Origin: Thelocarpon superellum
Taxonomy: Eukaryota
Direction of reading: 5' to 3'
DNA length: 44,007 nucleotides
Assembly (NCBI GenBank): GCA_026025795.1
Contig: JAPEUG010000111.1
Coordinates: 1 to 44,007, forward strand
Below the pieces are notes generated by a model, which worked only from the letters and a program-made list of their open reading frames with translations, had not been told where the DNA came from and ran no database searches. Shown one piece after another: positions 36,218 to 44,007 of the stretch; positions within the stretch are counted from its first letter, which is position 1; each line of letters begins with the position of its first letter. A program made the position numbers and the translations under genes.

Positions 36218-36923
36218 CCTCGTCGAACGCGGCTGGTGGCTAGAGCGAGGGGGGAGCCAGCGGTCGTGGAAGCGCGTTGCTACCGGCAAGGCCAGCCGAC
36301 CGGTTATGAAAAAGGCATGTTTGTCGGCAAAGATGCACGTAGCCACGAGCTGAGCTTGCGTCGTCGTGGCCGTCGTGGCCCGGTGGCGGAGTCGATGGAC
36401 GACTTGTTGACCGGACGGCGAGTGGATAGGACGACGGCGGGCGTGGGAGAGCACCGGGCTCTACAGGTCATCGGTTGGGGCTCAGTCGGACGGCGGTTGG
36501 TCCGTCGTCCAGCAGGCGTCCAGTGGCCGTACGGGCAGGTGTCGGCCTCTGGGCGAGTGGGCGCCTGAATGCGTGGAGGCAGCGAGAGACCAGCGGCCAC
36601 AGGCTTAGCCGGAGACCTTCGGTAGTGCGGAGGGGCGCCTGCGGCCTGGTCTCTCCTTACTCAGTCCGGCGTAGTGGGGGCCACGGGAGATCGGAAGCAC
36701 GGAGATACCGAGCGCTGGCCGCACTCGTCCACTGGTCTCGGCCTCGTATCGACCATTCGCCAACGCCGCTGGGCCCCACCAGTGGCCGGTGCTGCTGACA
36801 GAACCGTGGACGAAACGCCGCCGGACGAACGGGGTCGCCCATCTTTCTCGACCACCCGGCTGGCCTTGTCGAGCGGCATTGTCAGCGTCAACGTGTCCGC
36901 CACATCTCATGTCGTCACCTGCC

Positions 36924-36999
36924 CCACACTCTCCAGCACAGTCCACACTCTCCAGCACAGTCCACACTCTCCAGCACAGTTCACACTCTCCAGCGCAGT
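36924..36999. repeat. Minisatellite, 19-bp unit CCACACTCTCCAGCACAGT x4
   Basis: Three identical units (36924-36980) plus one with two substitutions (36981-36999); no spacers. Confidence 0.95.
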
Positions 37000-37866
37000 C
37001 GCCGCCCGCAAGGCCCTGCAACGTGAGGGGATAGATCCTTGTGGCGTGTCAATGTCAGCGCCAAATCGTGCTTGGCATCATTCTCCTACTCCATTTAAAG
37101 ACAGACGACAGTGGCTTCAAGTACATCGTGAAAACTGCGTTGTGGAATTGCACTTGGCGTCGATCCTGAGCAAAACGCCTCCTGTTTCCCACCCTCTCCA
37201 TCTAATGTTACTCCTTGGACGGGCGCCTAGCGGGACAGCCTAGTGGCGGCATGGTGTGTATTGACGAAGTTGTGTACGACTTTGTGGAATTCGAGAGATC
37301 GCCGTTACACGGAGCTGGCCGCAAACGTGACTCGGGGTCCTAGTACGAATGTCCACATGGTATGAAGTATATGGGAAGATGGCAGATGGACCTTAAGACG
37401 GAGGTTCCTCATTCCAGAACACGGCCATCGGGGGCTCGATACTTTGCCAGACGGCAATGAAGCCTTTCCAAGGATGTCAAGTTGAGCATCGACACGCCAT
37501 TCAAGAGCGGCTGCTCAAGTGCCCTTGAACGTGACTGTCCAGCCCAAGTGCGCGTGCAATTGTGGGTCTATTCTTGACAAAGTGAATCATCGCCAAAGGA
37601 TGGCCACGTTGGAGGTTGACTCCATCAACCATTTTTGGGGAATTCACTCATTCATACCGAGCACCTGCTGAGTCCGGTATGAACCTCACAGGCGTGGGGC
37701 TTGTGCCTCACTCCCGCTCAGTTCAAGGAGAATGATCGGAAAATGCCATCAAAGCTTTCTGCATCTTGACCCGCTCATGTTCCCCACCACTCTGTCCAGA
37801 AGCAGCTACGTCCTTTCACATCGCAGTGGCAAAGCTGCCAAAATAGGCCAGATTGATCGCACTTCG

Positions 37867-38510
37867 ATGGCTTCTTCTTCACACTCTACCCATCAGCTGT
37901 CCCCTGTCCGTCTTCGCTTCAGCTTCGTCCAGTACTTCCCGCATCCAATGGTCTGCACACCTTCTACCACTTGCGTCTCCCGGCTCGTGAGAACGTCCGG
38001 CTGATCCTCCCTTAGCCCAGACCCATCCGCACGATCCTTGACGAGGTGATGCTGGCGGTGCTGGAGAATCCCCATGCCGCAGCAATCCTGCGCCGGGATC
38101 CCTCGACCGACTTGAGCCTGAACAACCGGGCGGTCATGCGCTTTTTGGCGCGCGTATACCACCATATCTCCGTCGAATTCCGCCACTTAGCTCACTCTCG
38201 TTCGGCCCGCATCCCCAACGATCTACGAAGCATTCGTGACTACCGCCGCGTCCTACGGGATGGTGCGGACGCCTGTGATGCGGACTACAACGAGGTGATG
38301 AGATCTCTTGAAGAGTCTCGTATTGCGTCAGGACGCCTTTCCTTTCAGGATCACGTCTTCCTTGGCTTTGATCGCCCTCCCTCGAGTGCGTCCAGCTCCA
38401 ACTCCAGTATTCCCCCCGTCGCCGAGGAGAATCGCTCGGCGGGCTTTCTCAACGACCTGCTCGGGGTGTGGAGTCGACGGGTGCGCCGATTGCGGCGAAC
38501 GAACCCATAG
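37867..38510 (+). CDS. Hypothetical 192-aa orphan protein; 2 exons
   Basis: Exon 37867-37950, intron GTCTGC...GCTGAT...TAG (37951-38015), exon 38016-38510. The splice joins two ORFs in frame. I recognise no family. Confidence 0.6.
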
Positions 38511-39465
38511 AAGCCCGGGCGGAAGAGAAGAGACTGTACTTGATTAGAATATTGGTGAAATCAAGGAACAAATGACATCGTGGCTCTGTTACGTACACAT
38601 CAACCCGATCGGCCGGCTCAAATTGTCGCGTGTACCCAATGGCCTGTCACGCAGTATGCTAGCTCAGCATCGTAAAGACGGGTGGATGAAGATTGTACAT
38701 GTGCATACGACGGTGCCCCAAGACTTAATCATCCATGCTCTTTGACGGGTTTTATCGCTGAGTAATGAGGGCTGACCACCTCTGAAGCTGACCAGTTGCC
38801 CGACAGAAGAAGAAGACCAAAGATGACGAGTCGCCGCCCAGGGCCTGACAATGCAGGCAGCAACGTGCTTCGCCTCGGATCCGATTGGTGACTATGCAAG
38901 GTTGCATCGGCTAGCGCCGCTCCAATAGCCCGCACACCACGGCGGATTCATAAGCAGCTCTAAAGGCGGCACCGCTCCCGTCTCACCCCTTGCGAACACA
39001 ATGGATGAGCTCTCGGGTCTCGAGCTTGAATCTGACCATTGAAATACATCCCATAGCAGGAACTGCCTCAAGCACTCAAGCCGTTGAGAGGCTGATGATT
39101 GATTGTGAAATTCATCGGTTGCGAGGTTCATCCGACCAGATCTTCGTCGACCCCGTACCGGATTCCAAGGTACGGTGCTCACGCGTCATACAGCAGCCCA
39201 ATCGGAAGCTCGCCAGATTGTGGCGTGGATCCGATGGTCGACAGATGTGATCTGGCGGGGCACGACTGGAAACTGATCAATCAGCGCCACCAGCTCTGCC
39301 GCTCTGTGTAACCTTTCTTCCTCGTCATATTTTCTCAACCTGCAGTCGTTTTCGTCGGATTCATCGGGATCATCGGATCATCGGGTCCATCGGGAAGTGT
39401 CCTCCGAATCTCCAATCGGACCGAGATTCTACTCGCATCGGGGTCCCTCGTCCTCCCCCGGCGTG

Positions 39466-41560
39466 ATGGCGGAAGACCTGATGGGCGGCCCCTTTGAGCG
39501 CTTCATCACCGACATCGATTCCTTGTCCTCTGAAGCGGTACAGACGGGACTGAAGCGGACGGGAGCCGACGCCTTCTTTTCTGGCTACCACGCAACGGCG
39601 ATGGACTCGTGCCTGGATCCGGCTCTGAACCCCAACAACCCCGGACTCCCGCCCGTGATTGATTCGTACTTCCGCATGACCCAGGGTGACCCACGGAATC
39701 TCGTCCATCCTTCGCCCACCGACCTAAGCATTCTTTCCGCCGAAACGCACCAGGACGTTCGCGCCATGATCGAGCCACGCACCTCTCCTGGAAACGTGGT
39801 CCTAGGAGTGCTCATCAACGACGACCCAGGCCAGGAGCCAGCGGCACGAGAGGAACTGCCCGAAGCGTCGGCGGAGCAAGAGCATCGGCCGCGGAAGAGA
39901 TCGAAGGCCAACAGCCAAGATGCCGAGGACGGTTCCGAGGCGAAGAAGTCGAGAGGCCGTCCGCGACTTGACATTCCGGATGAGAGCGCGACCGATGTGA
40001 GCAGAACGTGGTGATCCTTCCACCGACCGATGACTGATCTTCTCCAGCGACGCCGCACGCAGATCCGACTTGCACAGCGGGCCTACCGCATGCGCAAGGA
40101 GACGACGATTGCATCGCTACAGAATCGCGTGAGCCAGCTCGAGGGTACGATTGATGAGATGAACAAGGCCTTTCTCGACTTCAACGACCGAGCCATTGGG
40201 CTCGGGGTCGTGCAATTGAGTCCTGCGCTCGCCAAGAGCCTGCACAAGACGACCCAGCGCTTCCTGTCCCTCACCCAAGTCGTCACGCCTACGTCGGAGC
40301 CGGAAGAAGAACTTTCACAATCCGGAGCGACGAGTTTTGACGCCGGGCTCCCGCCGATCCCGGTGGCCGGGCCTGGCGACCGAGTAGCTGTCGCCTCGCT
40401 GCTTGATTGCACGACCAGCACATCGCGAGCAAGCCAAGGCGACGACCACTCGTCCCCATCCCAGTCGCTCACGACGGCGTCATCTCCCTTTCATTTTGGT
40501 AGCCCTGGACGAACGGCTGCTGTACACACGCAAAATCAGCTGTCCAATGTGAATCGAACCTTGGCACGCATTGTTTCGGGAGCACCAAGCAGCCCCCGAC
40601 CCATGATTCAGCCGCACCTCCATGCTAGCACGTACGCGTATGAACCTCAATTCGGACGCCGACTGCAACGTGCGACGCTCGAAGCGGCCTACGAGCTCCT
40701 CGTCAGCCCCCAGACCCCGGGAGGGCTGAAAGATCGGGTCTTCCAATATTCCTACTGTGGTGACAACCTTGATGGCATCGCCAGGCAAATCATGCGAGGT
40801 TTGGAGTCCCTCAATGCCCCCGTCGAGACCACGCCATCTACCGCTGGCTGCGGCCCTATCACTTTCCCGCAGAAGCTGCTAGAGGCCGAAGGATCGCCGC
40901 CGCCCGCAGAAGAGACGACGATCTACGCACCGCCATTTGAAGTCGAATGGCTCACGCCGTACGGTGTGGAGGATTACCTCCGGAAGAAGGGAATTGAGGT
41001 CAACAACGACGCTCCGTACGCCGAGTTTGTGGTGGAAGAGTCGCCGAGCCCTCGTGGTGGAAGCAACGGGACGGGTACGTCGACCTCGGGTGGAGAATAT
41101 CAGAGTCCGCCCAAGACACCGCCTCGGGAGAGGCAGTGGACAAGGAATGGCTTCATCGATCCGGTCTTGTTCCCGGGGATCTCCCCGACAGCCTGCGAGG
41201 ATGGCTACGACCCGGTGGAGGTCTCGGCTTTCTCCGGCGGCTCGGCTGGAGAGCGCTGTGCACAAGGACAAGCTACACGCGACGACTCCGGTTCCGTGGA
41301 CTCGTACCTCCCAAGTTTCGTCGGAGCGGCGAACAACCGAGACGATGCTTTCGAAGTACGGGCGTCGAGAAGACGAGCTGTCAGGGCCGTTGATCTCGCC
41401 GTCCTGTTCAAAGGTACGTGGCAATGGTCCTCGGAGCAGACTGGTGCTGAGTTTCACCTGAACAGAACTTCGCGCGCGCGCCATCTGCGTCGGGAAAGGC
41501 CCAGGATATACCAAGCTTGACGTCGAAGGAGCTATCTCTGTTGCAATGCAAGCATTTTAG
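39466..41560 (+). CDS. Fungal bZIP transcription factor; 3 exons
   Basis: Exons 39466-39996, 40048-41413 and 41466-41560. KKSRGRPRLD...DRRRTQIRLAQRAYRMRKE plus leucine heptads, FGRRLQRATLE, and C-terminal AICVGKGPGY...DV. Confidence 0.9.
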
Positions 41561-42094
41561 GGATCGAGAGGGGATTTTTCGCGGCGCAAACTTTGCTGGG
41601 CGGATACGTGGGAACAATTTTGGTGCATCATGGTTTCGCGGGGAATAGAGACTGATGTCCCGAACCGAAAGCCGTAGCAGACGCAGAAGCCTGCCATCTA
41701 CTTACGAGCATCGCCATGATAATGGAAACGTTGTCGACGTTCACATCAATTAGATACGAGACTCGGTCGCTCGTCTCCAGTAGAATGACGCAACTATGAG
41801 GGGTTGACGGTGGATGGTAGAGGGAGAAAGTCTAAGTGGAGCACCTCTCCGAGATCTTCCCCAAATCGACAGTGTGGGACAGAAGGCGAAGCCAGTCGAA
41901 ACTCTGAACGACAGCATCGAAACGCCTCCGCCTCTGCTCAGATCACAGCCACCCATCCGAGCCCCCTCTTCGCTCCACCCTCCATTCAGACCTCTGCCCA
42001 CTGTCTATCCTCCACTTTCACCTCGGCATTCACGCGTCCTTTTTTTCGCCACATCTAGTGATCTGGTCGTCCATTAACTGCCACGGACGCCATC

Positions 42095-43083
42095 ATGGAC
42101 GCCGTCCGCCCTCTTCGGGGAGGCTGCTCTTGCGGACGAAATCGCTACGTCGTCTCCATTCCCGAGACTTCTGATCCGTCGACATTGGCTGCACATGCCC
42201 AAATCTTCTTCGACAGTAACAGCAGCGAGCATCGTAAGTTGCTCCCCCTAGGCTCTCTGCCTCCATCCTTCCCTCCCCCCCTCACCAGAACCCTTTGATC
42301 AGCTCCTCGAATCACCATCTAACTCGTCCCCCGCTCCCACCAGGCCGCAATGCCGCCTCACCCTTGACCTCATGGCTCCGAGTACCACTGTCATGGTACC
42401 ACAGCAGCACGTACGCCTTCTTCCCCGACGAAAATCATGCGTCGATCCGACGGAAATACACCTCGCCCACCGCGCCCGACGCCATCCGACAATTCTGCGG
42501 CTTCTGCGGCACGCCGCTTAGCTACTGGAGCGAGAACCCCCGATCCGAAGCGGAGTTCATCTCCCTGACGCTGGGGTCGCTCACGCACGAGGATCTGCTC
42601 GAGTTGGACGAATGGGGGATGTTGCCCCCCCTGTCCTCCACCCCTTCCTCCGAGGAGACGAGAGAGGAGGATCAAGAAAGGTCATCCTCCCAACCCGAGG
42701 CAGACACGGAGACCGGGGCAGAAACTGCCGTCTTCCCCAAGGACTTTCACCCCTCTACAACCGCCACCTTACCCTGGTTCGACAGCATGATGAAGGGGAG
42801 CCTCCTCGGACGGAATACGCATACGCACCGCACGACGCGCGCCGGAGTGGCACAGACCCCGGATGGCCGGACAAGAGTCGAGTGGGAGGTGGTGGAGTGG
42901 AATGAGGGGGATCAAGGAGAAGCGGACAGTGGTGGGATCACAAAGCATCCAGTCGACGGGCACGTGGTGCCCGAGGGCGGGAGTGGAAGTGGACTCGGAC
43001 GTGGAAACGGAAAGCGAAAGATAGGCGATGTAGGAAAAGAAGCAGATGGGGCCGGTGACGGAGATGAGGTGATGGAGAGCTGA
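42095..43083 (+). CDS. GFA/CENP-V/Mss4-like Zn-binding protein; 2 exons
   Basis: Exons 42095-42233 and 42344-43083. LRGGCSCGRNRY, RQFCGFCGTPLSYW and ISLTLGSL; acidic low-complexity C-terminal half. Confidence 0.88.
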
Positions 43084-43791
43084 GGGATACTTTGCCTTCG
43101 GACTTTCTTCCTACCTCTTTTGCTTCTTCGTTTCCTCCCCCAGTCTGCCCGTCTAATTCGATGCATCAATTACACCGCTTACACGTATTCATCCCGTCAA
43201 ATCTACCGTCGTGGAAGAGTAGACCAAATCATCAACGAGACTACAAAGACCACCGTCAAACATCGAAGCCAAATGCTGATGAGAGAGTAGCAGTATTGAG
43301 ACACAACGACTACCGCCAGCTAGATAGCCAGCTCGAAGTAAAACGGTTGATCAAGGTACGTGAGGTTACGAATCGATACGATAGGATACGAAAATATAAG
43401 ATGGAGACGAGACGTGGTAAGATAGGACGGGAGGGAATAGGGATAAGGGCAAGGAAAGAGGCTCAAAAGACAAGCGCCCGCGTACACCGAACCAAGCCCG
43501 AACATTTCCAAATCCTATACCAGGTCCTGGCCCTGGTCCCGGCCCTGGTCTCTCTCTTTGTCCTTTCACCTCCCTGCTGCTGCGGCGGCGGCGCGGGCGC
43601 ATTCCATCCTGCGCAATCACACTCGCTCTCGCATGGGAAACAAAAAGACGCTTATTTCCTCCCTCCCTGTCTTTTCCTTCCTCCCTTTCCTTTCCTGTCT
43701 TCCCCGCATGGTAGTCGTTGTTTCTTCATTCAAGATGTACAGGGGGTGGGTTTAGATGGCATAGCGATAGTGGTGGGGTGGTGATAACGAC

Positions 43792-43818
43792 GGTGGTGGT
43801 GGTGGTGGTGGTGGTGGT
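43792..43818. repeat. (GGT)9 microsatellite
   Basis: Nine perfect GGT units read directly. Confidence 0.95.
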
Positions 43819-44007
43819 GATGGTAATAAATTGTAGTTCTCGCGTCAGAACAGAAAAGCCATGAACGTGAGGGTGAAAAGTGGCCGAAGATCATGTCTGT
43901 ATCAGCACATTTCCTCGTCGTTGGGCCTCATCGGTATGGAAGCCAAAGACCAGCCGGAAGAGATCTCGTAGGAAGGTGTGTTGGCCGCCGCGGATCATCC
44001 ATTGAAT

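Noticed and set aside
36924..36999. Direct repeats as a possible CRISPR array
   Set aside because: The units are contiguous without spacers, the context is eukaryotic, and there are no cas genes.
37280..37650. Short protein-like fragments on the - strand (e.g. LEWRVDAQLDILWKGFIAVW)
   Set aside because: They are interrupted by stops, give no consistent splice model and match no family I recognise.
43092..44007. 230-aa + strand ORF and a possible 3' end of a - strand gene at the window edge
   Set aside because: Low-complexity, UTR-like sequence with a non-ATG start; too little sequence at the edge to support a CDS.

Overview
GC-rich genomic window of a filamentous ascomycete (Pezizomycotina-like), with short spliceosomal introns (GT..CTRAY..YAG). 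I reconstructed 14 protein-coding genes by hand, 13 of them spliced: an uncharacterised membrane protein, a Ca2+/H+ exchanger, a Psg1/DUF4448-like protein, a Cps1-type GT2 polysaccharide synthase, a Rab4 GTPase, a PAF-acetylhydrolase-like esterase, a GH2 beta-mannosidase, xylitol dehydrogenase, D-lactate dehydrogenase, a Clr5-domain protein, two unknown proteins, a bZIP factor and a GFA/Mss4-like protein. I recognised no transposon, CRISPR array, tRNA or rRNA. The main unexplained signal is in the gene-free gap between CPS1 and RAB4. About 1.5 kb (roughly 17.1-18.7 kb) is dense in nested, G.U-containing helices on the + strand and carries a TTAGGG-template 9-mer plus possible spliceosomal 3'-end signals. 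It is a candidate large structured ncRNA, possibly telomerase RNA, but this is unproven. Other notable items are a 3-nt microexon in the exchanger gene, a cryptic signal-peptide/KR peptide pseudogene, an E-box cluster and an orphan spliced gene. All gene models and base-pairings were read by eye; no search or folding program was run.
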